From: Tubulanus polymorphus
Taxonomy: Eukaryota; Animalia; Nemertea
Direction: 5' to 3'
Assembly: GCF_964204645.1 (NCBI RefSeq)
Contig: NC_134032.1
Location: forward strand, 2,752,175 to 2,816,174
DNA: 64,000 bases
Shown: positions 14,180 to 26,597 of the stretch, piece by piece
How positions within the stretch are numbered: the first letter of the stretch is position 1
Layout of the letters: each line of letters begins with the position of its first letter
Translations under genes and position numbers: made by a program
Notes under the pieces: generated by a model
Seen by the model: only the letters and a program-made list of their open reading frames with translations
Database searches by the model: none
What the model was told of the DNA's origin: nothing

Positions 14180-14510
14180 TGAATATTGCTACTGTCAGGA
14201 ACTTACTGATGGGGATCGTATGGTGGAGTGCGATTATTGTAGCAACTGGTATCACTATAGATGTCTGAAAACAGACATCAACCAGCAAAAAACAGGGAAT
14301 TGTGGACATAAAAAACACATGCCGGTTAATATCGACAATATAAGGATTTTTGTCAACAAGTTATGCCAGATTTCAACAATCCATGGATGCCGAGCGACCT
14401 GTGCATTGGGTGACAGATGTCGTTCAAAGGAAAACCCTCTCGATTAAAGATCAATTGTTGAGTATACAAATAGTATGTACCGATACTTTTCATGTGGGAT
14501 GGGAATTTAT
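14180..14510 (+). pseudogene. PHD-finger-like coding fragment (copy 1)
   Basis: YCYCQELTDGDRMVECDYCSNWYHYRCLK matches the C4HC PHD pattern. Duplicated at 14945-15262. Confidence 0.6.
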
Positions 14511-14944
14511 GGACATTTTGATTTAAATTGTTAATGAACTCTTTCCTGGGGTATCATGTTTGACTGTGATGTTTTTGCGCCAAATATTGACAAAACTTCT
14601 TATCACGTATGATTGCCAGGAAAAACGTTGCTTCATCACGAACTTTATGATGTTGATGACATGATGACAGCTATGGTAACTGCGAAAAAAAAAAACGCAG
14701 GCGCTGCTAACGCCATGTCCCTAGTGTGCAACACAAGAGTCGGCGTGAAACAGGAGTAGTCGGATATGTAGGAAAAATATTTCATCTGCCCAAACTGCTC
14801 ATTGTAACATCATTTATGGGTGCTGATGCATCAGGTGATATTGGTCGTCCGCAGTTATTGTGCATTGGAGTTTCGCAACAGAATATAAAATATAAATTCA
14901 GTAAATATTCAGTAATAAAATATTTATACAGAATAAAAAAATAT

Positions 14945-15262
14945 TAAATATTGCTACTGTCAGGAACTAAACGATGGGGATCGTATGGTGGAGTGCGATT
15001 ATTGTGGCAACTGGTATCACTATAATTGTCTGAAAACAGACATCAACCTGCAACAAACAGGGAATTGTGAACATTAAAACACATGCCGGTTAATATCGGC
15101 AATACAAGGATTATGGTTGACAATTATGCCAGATTTCAACGATCAATGAATGCCGAGCGACCTGTGCATTGGCTGACAGATGTCCTTCAAAGGAAAGTGT
15201 TGAGTATACAAATGGTATGTACTAATACGTTTGATGGACCCATGTGGGATGGGAATTTATTT
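14945..15262 (+). pseudogene. PHD-finger-like coding fragment (diverged duplicate)
   Basis: Aligns by eye to 14180-14510, with an internal deletion and a new stop. Confidence 0.6.
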
Positions 15263-15922
15263 TGATTGAATGTGTTTTTCAGGAGTAGGGGTCATATCCG
15301 AGACAAGCACCGCGTAAAAGGTCACCAGGTCGAGATTGGATATGGTAACGTGAGTTTCCAGCCCGGACACGACCGCAAGTGAGCCTGACAGTGAGAAAGC
15401 CCTTTGGCCCAAAGTTCTGGTGACATCAACATACCTGACCTTCAAGGTCATGTGGAGATCGAATGTATCTAGATAGGGGATAGGACTCAAACTTCCTGCA
15501 ACATGCCAAGGGTGTGACAGATCCAACTGCACAGTTAACATCATGTCTATTCAGGTTGAAAAAGGCAGCATTTCTGAGGGACTGCAACAAGCAGGTACTC
15601 TTAACTAGGGGTCCAGGGACACCATGCCTACTCGGAAGGTGGTTTCAAATGCTCCAACAACCCTGACAGAATTTTAGTTCATGAGGACAAAGACGGAAGC
15701 TCATTTGGTCACAGCAGAGCTAAAAAGTACGTCAAACGGAAATGTCCATCAAAAATGATAAATTCTAAATATTATCCTCAGGTAAATCTGATTGATGTTG
15801 GGTTGATAGAAACTTATTCTCTTCCTACTGTATGTTCTGATGTGATACCGGCGGGAATCAAAACGAAAAGGTCAATATCAACACAACCAGAAAATCCGTG
15901 TGAATCAGATGATGACTCAAAC

Positions 15923-16140
15923 AACTAGGGGTCCAGGGACAGCATGCCCACTTGGGAAGTGGTCAAATGCTCAACAATCTAAAAAATTTAATATTTAACA
16001 CCCTCTGGTGACCATATAGAATAACTAATGTCCTCTAAACTCACCACAATCATAGACGATGTCATGAGCTACAACTTTGCAATTGATTGTGGTAACAAAA
16101 TATGCATAGGTACAAATATAATATAGAAACACTAAGTTAG
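15923..16140 (+). mobile_element. Truncated copy of the HINE family at 10228 (another 5' stub at 15603-15660)
   Basis: Same aactaggggtccagggac start and one internal unit. Confidence 0.7.
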
Positions 16141-16281
16141 GCTACTTACTAAATTACTACGAAAATAGAAATACAAGTACATCCTGAAAACAACAACGGA
16201 ATCTGTAGAAATATAAAATCCTATGAAAGTAAATGAATATTAAGGGATTTAAAAATAGAGTGCCTCAAAATAACAGCAGAA

Positions 16282-17696
16282 AAACTAGGGGTCAAGGGAC
16301 ACCATGCCCACTTGGGAAGAGGTTCGAAATGCTCAACAATCTAACAATTTCAATTTCAAGGCCCCCTGGTGACCATATACAAAAACCCATGACTTTGAAA
16401 CTCACCAAAATCATAGAACATGTCAGCAGCTACAATTTTGTAATTCATTGTGGTAACAAAATATGCCTCGTCACCAATATAATATGGAAATAGTAAGTTA
16501 TCCTACTATTCAAGCGCCCTGGTGACCATAATAAAAACCCAACGACCTGGACTCACCACAATCATCGAACATGTCGAACTACATCTTTGCAATTGATCAT
16601 GGTAACAAAATATGCCTAGGTACCAATATAATAAGGAAATACTTAGTTATTCTACTATTCAACGCCCCCTGGTGACCATATAGAATAACTAATGTCCTTA
16701 AAACTCACAACAATCATAGATGATGTCATGAGCTACAACTTTCCAATTGATTGTGGTTACAAAATATGCATAGGTACGAATATAATATAGAAACACTAGT
16801 TAGGCTACTTAATAAAGAAATGCTAAGATATTGTATTATTCAACACCCCCCGGTGGCCATATACAAAAAACCAATGACCTTGAAATTCTATGAAATCATG
16901 AGCCTAGCGCACATCGACACTGCGATTGGAGACAACTAGTTGCTACCGAACGATTACCCCGCGCACATCGAAATCTAGTTACAACCGGTCAGTTGCAGCA
17001 ACTGCATGGCGTGTGTCGATCGTCGAGATCCAGAGCGCGCACATCGACGGATATGACTGCAATTGAGTACAACCAGTTGCTCAAAAGTAGAACATGGGCA
17101 ACTGGCTGGAACTGGAGATAGATCGACGCTTACCAATCGTAAGCTCGCTCACATCGACACATTCAAGCAACTGATCGTATCCAGCCAGTTCCTCTCATGC
17201 GCCGAAAACTGCCTTGCAACTAGTTGTCTCCAATCGCAGTTTCGATGTGCGCTAGGCTATAGAACACGTTTTGGGCTACAACTTTCCAATTGCGTCATAA
17301 TTGGCTGATCAAAAATACCTGTCTCAGGTATAAAACATCCCTTTCTAAAGAATACCCATCACAAATTGCAATGAGAAATGGCAAACCAGTAGGAAGCTAC
17401 AGGACCCAGAATTCCGGCCAAAATTGACATTTTTGGGCACTAAAAAGGTCATAGGACGACCATCTTGAATCCGATCAACCCAATTTTTCTTATGCTGATG
17501 GGCCCTTGGTAGATTCAAATATAATCGAAAGATCAAGGTAATTGATCGAAGCGTCTTCAAAATTTCCCTCAAAAAGTTCAAAAATGTGTAAAAAGTGCTG
17601 ATTTTGGCGAACAACAATGGCTGCCAGTCGGCCATCTTGATTCTGACAGGGCCAGTTTTTGGGCTGAAGATGTGTCTAGGGTAGATACATGTGTAA
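16282..17696 (+). mobile_element. 3'-truncated copy of the HINE family, carrying a nested MITE
   Basis: Same 5' end and ~154-bp units; 17290-17696 matches 10945-11338. Confidence 0.75.
16901..17258. mobile_element. PIF/Harbinger-like MITE nested in the HINE
   Basis: 43-bp TIR agcctagcgcacatcgacactgcgattggagacaactagttgc with one mismatch. Flanks are ATG/ATA where the empty unit reads aatcATAgaac (3-bp TSD). Confidence 0.8.
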
Positions 17697-17838
17697 TTGA
17701 TAATTAAAAATGAATCAAGCCAACAAAAACAAGAATTGATGCATTAAATACCACCAAACATTGATTACATTGCCAAGAGCAGATTTTCTCCAAGTCCAAG
17801 GCGAAAAAAATTAGGCCTAAGTTGAAATTTAAACTTGA

Positions 17839-20636
17839 GGTAGGTGTAAAGGATTAGAATGTCAATTTTTGTGAAAATTTTCAAAATGTCAATTATTGCA
17901 TTTTCCAACAGCAAATATTTATATCTTATTGAAAAATAACATTTGGTGTACAATAACTAACGGATTCTGGCAAAAAAAACCATTTAAAAATTAGTATCTG
18001 CTTTCTGAAATTTTTTTTTTGGCCCTTGGCAACGTCTTTGGGCCTTGGATACGTATACTTTCCTTTGTGATATCAATAAATTGAGAACAGGCTATGAAAG
18101 AGGACATCCCCAAGAATCTTTAAATAACAGCCAATCACAGTGGCTCTTACAAAACTCATGCCAGGAATCCAACATGGAAGCCTTTCTGTAGCTGAAAATT
18201 TCAAGTCTGTTGAAAATCTTCAAAATACTGCGCAAAAACGTTCTATATCCAACTTTTATACATCTACTCAGTGAATTATATCTATTGTGAAGACAAATGC
18301 GGTGGATTGGTGTTTAATATGGGTTCGAAAAGGAACAAAAATCGAGGTAAAAAGAGGCATTATTGGGGTAACGTGAAAAAACAAGATGGCGGCCCCCAGT
18401 CTACAAACCAGGAAGTAAATGGAACACCTGCTTCTACTTCGAAAATAAGCCGTAATCGCGAACAATATCCGTCTGTGAATGATAATGAACTTACGAAAGA
18501 AGCATATGTCCTATTCAGTGTTAAAAACTTATGTGATTTTATTGAAAACAATACCGTTTGCAAGTCATGTCAGAAAACCGTGAAATGTGACCTAGACTTG
18601 TCTCGTCGAATGGGATTCTATCACAAACTGTTCATACGATGTACTGAATGTCCGGTAACATTCTATTTACCTTCCTCTGAAAATACAATGATTTCGAAAA
18701 CCAAGAGTCCTAAGGAAATCAACGGTCGTAAAGTAGGATTTGCGAGATCGATCGGTCGTGGTTGGAGTGCACTGAAAAAGTTTGCCGTCCATCCTAATAG
18801 TCCTCCTGGTCTCAGTAGACCAGCGTATGCTACTATATTTCGTCACTTACACACTGCAAGCAAGTCAGTAGCTCAGGAGAGTATACACCAAGCAGCCGAT
18901 GAACTTAGGCAACAGAAAGGTGTGACAGATGACGCGATTGTCGATTGCGCCGCATCGTTTGACGGAACGTGGCAGCGACGTGGTTTCGCGAGTCACCACG
19001 GGGTTGTCACTTCGATTTCTGTCGATACCGGTAAATGTCTGGACTACGAAATCCTTTCAAATATATGTAAAGGCTGTCAGTACTGGGAGAAACAAGATCA
19101 TAATTCAATGGACTATCTTCGCTGGAAAGCAGATCACCGATGTCGTATAAATCACACGGGAAGTGCCGGTTCCATGGAAACAGTTGCAACCTTGCGAATA
19201 GCTTTGCGTTCCGAACTCAGCCATAATTTACGATATACTGAGTTCCTTGGTGATGGCGATTCATCTTCATTTAGTTCTCTGTGTAAAGAAAGGCCGTATG
19301 GTCCGGATATTGGATTGAAAAAACTTGAGTGTTGTGGACACGTTCAAAAAAGAGTGGGGACTCGGTGCCGTAAAAAGAAAGCAGAGTTCAAATCTAAAAA
19401 ACTCAGTGATGGTAAAACTATTGGCAGTGCTGGAAGATTGACTGATAAAAAAGTTGATACTTTACAGAATTACTATGGTATGGCAATAAGGTCAAACGCT
19501 GGTGATCTTGATGCGATGGTTCGTGACGCCAGAGCTATCCTTCCTCACGTTGCATCAACCGCTGATCGACCGATGCATCAACTCTGTCCAGAAGGCCCAG
19601 ATTCATGGTGTGGTTTTAAACGAGACAACTCCACTTATAAGCACAGCCATGGATTACCAGATGCAGTGTACCAGTTCCTGACACCGATGTTCGATGAACT
19701 GTCTAATTGAGAACTACTCAGTAAGTGCGTTCACGGCAAAACGCAAAATAACAATGAATGCCTGAACAAACTTATTTGGGATCGTTGCCAAAAGGAAGTG
19801 TTTGTTGAAAAAGAAACTGTTGAAGAGGCAGTATACAATGCAGTTTCTCATTTCAATGATGGATCTGTAAGTGTTATCCGTATGTACAGCTATCTCGGAA
19901 TAGCCGCTGGTCGATTCACTATCGCAGCCTGTATCGACGCGGACAAAATTCGGTGCGATAAATCGACCCGTAAATCATCTGCGGGGGTAAAACAGCGAAG
20001 AAAGACTTTAAGATCATTAAAAAAGGGGTATTCAGATGTAACTAAAGATAAAGAAGGAATAATGTACGCTGCTGGAGAGTTCAATTAAAAGGAAATGTTT
20101 GATTCTGTTACATTTTGTCGTTTTTCTCAAAATCACTTTTTCAGGATTTTTCAGGTTTTTGAAACATTGTGGAGAAAAAACTAATCATTGGATTGCCTTG
20201 AAATTTGGCATACATAATGACAATGTGTAACTCTTGTGCCTAAAACTTTGAGTTTTACTCTATGTGTATTAGTTGTAAAGTTATCAAGCTTTAACCGCCA
20301 AACCCATATGTGGTTTTGTGTGCCGTCACAGTAAAAACCTTAATTTGTATATATTTTTTCAAAATATTCTAACTCTAAGAGTTTTATGCACTAGGTATCA
20401 TTGTTATCTATGTTATTGCCAAGTTACAATACCCTAAGTCCAAAATGAAAGTTGCTAGAATGTTTAGCGAGAAGCTAGTTTTTTGGTAGTTCGGCGGCCA
20501 TCTTGGATTGCTAATTTGCATAATTTATGCGAAAACTAATTTTTTCGTCTAATCAAGCCAAGATGTACCCATATGCAAAATATGAGAACTGTAGCTGTTG
20601 GAACTTGCGATTTCATTCTAATCCTTTACACCTACC
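17839..20636 (+). mobile_element. Kolobok-type DNA transposon, near-intact (2798 bp)
   Basis: Perfect 23-bp TIR GGTAGGTGTAAAGGATTAGAATG (17839-17861 / 20614-20636) and 4-bp TSD TTGA (17835-17838 / 20637-20640). GG...CC termini and a TTAA-like TSD fit Kolobok. Confidence 0.85.
18319..20088 (+). pseudogene. DDE transposase (Kolobok-Hydra type, often annotated Mutator-like transposase) with one premature stop
   Basis: Motifs SFDGTWQRRG, FLGDGDSS, KLECCGHVQKRVG, GRLT and HGKTQNNNECLN. TGA at 19708-19710 is the only lesion; the frame continues into ORF 19798-20088. Confidence 0.85.
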
Positions 20637-20799
20637 TTGATAATCAGTAGGCCTTGATCCAGTTCCACAATTGTGAGTCAGAATTCCAACAACATTGGAC
20701 CCAGTATGGCCATAGGTCTACTTAACAGGGTTCCTACAATACGTTAGATAGGCCTAATTCTATCATAGGCCTATTCAGGAAAACAGATGCACTTCACTC

Positions 20800-21830
20800 A
20801 CTAGGGTTTTCCATAGGGTTAGCGTAAGGGTGAGGTTAAGGGTCCGTTTTTACCCCTAGGGATAGGGTTAGGGTAAGGTGAGAACTTGACAGTGAAAAAC
20901 TTACGGGTGGTTTTGAGTGAGATTGGTGGTCTAGTGGAAAGACGTTAGGCTAGCTTTCTGCTGGTCCGGGTTGGAATCCCACTCTATGCTGCTATTTTCC
21001 ACCAAACTTTCCTTGAATTTTCTAAGTCGCAGGGGTTCCAGTGATCTGGTCCATAAACAAAAATAGGAAGAGTGTCCAGAAATAGGAAAATTTCACAGAA
21101 TAAATAGGATATCCATCAGAAAATAGGACTTTAATATATCAAGAGAGGATACAACCTGCAGCATCATATTCACAGATGTCTTGAATGAACTTCAGTAATC
21201 TGAAACTAGAAAACAAAATTAATTCATTACATTTTTTCATTTCTTTTTTTTCGAAAGAAACATTTCACAATTAACTGATTGACAGCAGCAACTGATAATA
21301 CATTGCAGTGAGGTACCCGGTAAATACAGGTATCACGGTATTACTATTCAAAATCTTATCTACAGTGGAGCCTCGTTATAAAGAACCCTGATATAACGAA
21401 ATGTTTGGATGAAAAGAGATTGACTTCTCGACTACCTCTGGTTATACATGATTGTAACCCCCATAGGCCTATAGCCAAAGCCCAGTTGCACTGCAACATG
21501 TGACATTTGGAACAAAATGATTGGGCATGTTAGGATATAAAGATTAGAAAAGAAGTTATATAGCCAGGACTTACCGAACATGAATGCTGCAGGTTCTACC
21601 AAACACTCAAAATGGTGTTGCACATCATATGAAAAGATATAAAGAACATTTTTGTCAATAAAAAGTGATCGACGAGCTGGAAAATGAGAGAAAATTGGAC
21701 AAATAGGACTTTTTCATATAAAAATAGGACAAGCAGTAAAAAATTGGAAAATAGGACCACTAGAAGCCCTGAAGTCGGCATCAATTAGCCAATCAGAACG
21801 CGCCATTGGCAAAATATCACCTGCCCAATA
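20800..21830 (+). mobile_element. Non-autonomous element with TTAGGG-like repeats and a tRNA-like segment (copy A, interrupted)
   Basis: tagggtt repeats at 20802-20880; A/B-box-like TGGTCTAGTGG...GGTTGGAATCC at ~20927-20980; actttccttgaa and agccaatcag shared with copy B. Confidence 0.45.
21030..21771. mobile_element. hAT-like non-autonomous insertion
   Basis: Imperfect TIRs caggggttccagtgatc / gaccactagaagccctg; many aaatagga(c) subterminal repeats; AAGTCG on both flanks. Confidence 0.55.
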
Positions 21831-22006
21831 CGGGATGTCGACAAATTCAAGTTCTTGAATTACTCGTTTGATGGCGTTTGTCAGAACCGGAAATTGGAAC
21901 CTATATCTGCTATGTTCTAGTTCATTTGCAATGAAATATCTCGCTTCAAGTTTTCAATGAGCGATATTTTACTCACTATACATCGTCATGCGCAATCCTT
22001 TAACGA

Positions 22007-23335
22007 AGTGGATATTTAACCGTATACGGCAAAGTATTTATTTCCGCTATTTTACCGTACAAAACATATATATTTATAGTATCAACTAATAAAAAGTAAC
22101 AATAAAATCATTATATTGGGTTTAGGGTTAGGGTTTCGATAGGGTAAGTGTCGAGACGAGAAGGTGAGAAGAGGGTCCAGAGGGTTCCGTTTTAACCCTA
22201 GGGATAGGTAGGATTAGGGTAAGGTGAGGTACTATATATAGATAGTTAAAACATTCTATGTTTTTCAGCGAGCTTAGTGGTCTATAGTTAGTTAGGCCTA
22301 CCTAATCATTGGTGGTAAGCTTTTAATAATCGGATGAGCTTATACCAACGTTAGGGATGACAAGGGCCAAAACACGGTTGAAAAAAGTAACACTTCAAAA
22401 ACATACTTTCCATTCACTTCAGTCCACAATTGATGGCTTAATTCACAAACTAACACAGGTACCTTTTGAAATAGGCCTAATCCAATTTTTATGTATGTTT
22501 CGAGCGATTAATCATCATTATTTTGAGAAATTAATAAATTTCTTCACAAATTTCGCCATTAGCCGCCATTTCTGTGTATTGCATACATGTGGCATGATAG
22601 ACTAGGTGACCTACAAGGATTTATATAAAACTTCCAGGACGAAACGACAATTTTTATTTTTGATGGTTTTCCAACTTATATTTCAAATGTTCGTGTTTTC
22701 CATTAGGCCGATAAAAAACGTAAAAATAAATTCTGGTTAAAGAAAAATGTGAAAAGAGTTGATTTCTTTATGTTTTCAATTTTGTCGTTTTGTTTCATTA
22801 GTTGTTGTGGACCTGGCCTCAGTCCACAGGTGCCAGTAGGCCTACCATGCACACGTTTTCAAAATGGCCACCGTTGAATTTACTCTCACTTTATGGCCGA
22901 TTTGCACATGGATTAAGATCGTCAGGTGAGGTGTTATAGGTATCAGACAAACTACGAATCTGTTGTGCGTTGATTACAACAAAAATTAGACGGATATCTT
23001 AAGAGACAATGAAATGCCAGCCAAATTACTCGTCAGTCAAATTGGCTGAGGAAGATTCCTTCCCATTCCTGACTGTGGTTTGTGAAAATATCCGATCGTG
23101 AAACTAAACCACAGTCAGGATACTGACTAAGCGGTCTAGTGGTATGACGCTGCGCTAGTTATTTACTGGCCCGGGATCGAGTCCGCTCCATCCGATTTTC
23201 TCTAACTCTGTTCTCGACACTTTCCTTGAAGACACGCACCTCTGTGCGCATGCGCGGCGTAAATCAGCCAATCAGCAACGATGTACAGTAAATAGCAGAA
23301 ATAAATACTCTGCCGTATATGGTAAAATATCCACT
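22007..23335 (+). mobile_element. TIR element with TTAGGG-like repeats and a tRNA-like segment (copy B)
   Basis: ~55-bp imperfect TIR (agtggatatttaaccgtatacggcaaagtatttatttccgctattttaccgtaca versus the reverse complement of 23282-23335); tagggtt repeats at 22118-22230; ggtctagtggtatgacg...gggatcgagtcc at ~23133-23184. Confidence 0.6.
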
Positions 23336-23415
23336 GCGATCGTTTAAATATGATATCCTGACAATAGGCCCATTATGGCTATTGTTGAATTGAATAGGTT
23401 TTCATCCACATCCCA

Positions 23416-25622
23416 CAGTCAGGAACACTTTCCAAAAACGGCTTATTCTGCCAATTTCGGCGTTTTCCGCCAATAACAGCAGAATCAGACATTTATGGAT
23501 TACTCAGTTTTAAACTGCTTCTGCCAATTTAACCGAAATCGGCGTTTTCTGCCATTTTTGGCTTGTTCTTAAAAAACGCCATTTCCGCCATTTTCAGCTG
23601 TTACAGTTTTTTAAACTACATCGTCAGAAACGGCGTTTTTAGCTTAGATAGTTTTACAGGTGCTATTTATAGTGCTTAGTTCGATGGGAGTCCCTATTAT
23701 GACATCATCGCTTTTCTGCTGGCATACATTTGTATATTTGCGCCGAAAAATTAATCTCATTGATCCATTCCAGGCTTCAAGAAAGAATTAAATATAAATG
23801 TACGGGTTTCCGATGGCAAATGTATTTGAATTCTGTTCTTCTGTATACCTGTATTCTATGTAATAAATATATACATACATGTATCCCAAATTGTTTCGAA
23901 AATGTTTGTTGTATTTTGAAATGAGTCTAGATACAGCTGTATTGATTTTGAGTTGTAACGTCATCGGCCACCAATTCATTCAATCACTATCCATCACAAG
24001 TCCAATTAGCTTGGAGGCATCGAAGATGTTAATTACCTTCAATTAACCAACATCATATGCAGTCCAATATATCCCTCAACCATTCTATGCTTTATTAGGC
24101 AAGATAAGACCATGGGCAAAACTTAAAACTAGATTTTTGATACACTAGTTTATACATCCATGATTGATTTGTCTTATGAGAATGATAATTATAATAATAA
24201 TTTTATTTTTTATTTTTAACATATAATATTTACACATCCGTTCACCTCAGCAAATTAATTATTTTATTCCGAACAAAGGTACCGTGTAGACACTAGGGAA
24301 AACGTCTAAGTGGGTGGGGGAATCCTCATATATAACAAGTGGACTGCCAATAATGGCTTAATAGTTTATGATTATAAAACTAACTACGCCAAAAACGGCG
24401 GAATACGCCAGAAATGGCGAATGTTTTTATGTGTACCCATGGCAACGTTTACTTGAAAACTTTATAATAGTTTTTAAAACTAGTTCCCAAATTTATTTTT
24501 ACCAAAAATCATGATTAATAAACTTGTTTCATGCTGTAGTAGTTTTGAGAGTTTTCCAGGAGTTTTTTGGCTTCATATGACGTAATCATTTAGAAAAACG
24601 TAAATTTGACCACTTTACCTAGCTCAAAAATTTCCATCCTAGCGTCATATGAAAGCTTATCATCTGCTCGAGATTATGACGTCATCGGCAACATGCGCTA
24701 ATTGAACCGGAAGTGCGCAAAAAACTTTAAAGCAAAACCACAGGGGCTTGTTAACTGGCTTGGATTTTACTTCCAGGTTGTTGATAATCTCGCGAGAATG
24801 GCGCTAAATTCAAACTGCAAATAAATTCAAAATATCACAGAATAACCTCTTGTTGATGTTGTTTATTTATAGAGTTTCGATAAACAATTAGCTGTTAAGG
24901 ATCAGTATCAGCGGGCGCGACGCCTTACTATATTAAAATAACAAGGGATGAAACGGCTTCGCTTTAGCCTGTGACCGTATTGATGCGGCGGAAACCACTG
25001 CGCATGCGCGGCAACTTTCCGAAAGGTTAAGATCAGTTCAAGTTCAATTGATTCTTCTCAAAAACCTATGTCAAGCCAAGGCAATCACACTTCTAAGGAA
25101 ATTATCAATTTTTGAATTGATGTAGAAAAACTATAATGTGTAGTTTGATTGACAGCTCACTAGCGCTCGGAAGTTGCCGCGCATGCGCAGTGGTTTTCGC
25201 CGCATCAATACGGTCACAGGCAAAAGCGAAGCCATTTCATCCCTTGTTATTTTAATATAGTAGCCTAAGGCGTCGCACCCGCTGATACTGATCCTTAACA
25301 GCCAATTGTTTATCGAAACTCTATAGTGGATAAATAAACAACATCAACAAGAGGTATTTCTGTGATATTTTGAATTTATTTGCAGTTTAAATTTAGCGCC
25401 ATTCTCGCGAGATTATCAACAACCTGGAAGTAAAATCCAAGCCAATTACAAGCCCCTGTGAGCAAAACTCGAAACTTAGTGAGCTGAAACTGGCTGATTA
25501 AGCCATAAACGACTGTGAAAGTTTCAAAACTGAGTGATCCATAAACGGCTGATTCTGCCGTAATTGGCGGAAAACGCCGAAATTGGCAGAATTAAGCCGT
25601 TTTTGGAAAGTGTTCCTGACTG
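23416..25622. mobile_element. Non-autonomous DNA transposon with ~100-bp TIRs and a 5-bp TSD
   Basis: Termini CAGTCAGGAACACTTTCCAAAAACGGC.../...GCCGTTTTTGGAAAGTGTTCCTGACTG; TSD TCCCA at 23411-23415 and 25623-25627. Confidence 0.8.
24739..25460. mobile_element. Foldback MITE (P/hAT-type termini), copy 1, nested
   Basis: ~280-bp inverted arms starting CACAGGGGC; perfect 8-bp TSD AGCAAAAC (24731-24738 / 25461-25468). Confidence 0.85.
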
Positions 25623-26597
25623 TCCCATTCAACCAGGAATTCGTGAATTAATACACCATTATAGGCCTACAACAAAAAGCACATCTTCCCAAACGAGAAA
25701 CTTATATTTTAATCTGTTCAGCTTACAGCTGGTCTTCTCCGCTTTCTATTTACCTTATTAGAGCCAGAGTTATTAGGAAATGTTTCTCAGTTTTCTAGCA
25801 TGATTCATTTCAGCCGCCATGACGAAATAAGGTTTGCTCCGGCAATTTGAAATTGACCGAATCCGCTCCACGGCATCCTCACCTGCCAGGGTCTGAACGC
25901 CGCCTGCCGAGGGTGAAGATGGTGTTTGGTGTGAAACTAGAAAGGATTCGCCATTGAAAATTCCTACATTGACTATTGCTTTGACTATGGGCGACTTCAA
26001 TATGTCAAAAACAATTGCTGGTGTGTATTTGACCATACTGTACCGATACACCGGGTCGCGAAATGAAAATCTGTTGGACCGCGGATTCATCATTAGTCGG
26101 CCTCTAAAAACTGTCATCTCGGTAAAATACATCATCTCGGTGATAAGGATGACCGTCGTTGATAGTTTTCTTTATATGAAAAGTGTTCATAGGAATTGAA
26201 ATTTGGAGTGATATCAGTCACAGCTGTAACCCTTTTTCATTGTCAGTTCTTTTTTGGAATTCAAGTAGATTAGTGAAAATATCAATGATGAAGTTCACTT
26301 ACTTACACAAGTACCGTTTTTACTGTCGCATGCGAGCCCCCTATTTCACACGAATCGGACAACTTTTCGAAACAAAAAGATCTATCCAACTGCATATCTT
26401 CGGGTATAAACCGGTATTCGAAAAACGCCTAATGAAAAACACCGAATCGGAAAACGCATAACGCCTAATTCATAGTAACATCCAAGAAATTGACCTAAAT
26501 CCCTAAGTGAACTATGTACGCAACGCTACATAGTTCACGTCGGAGTGCGTGGAGCCCCGCCTGTTCCATTTTCGTTTCTACTGTCTTTGGTTACACA

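Noticed and set aside
20802-22230. True telomere or chromosome-fusion site
   Set aside because: The TTAGGG-like units are short, degenerate and internal to a repeat family.
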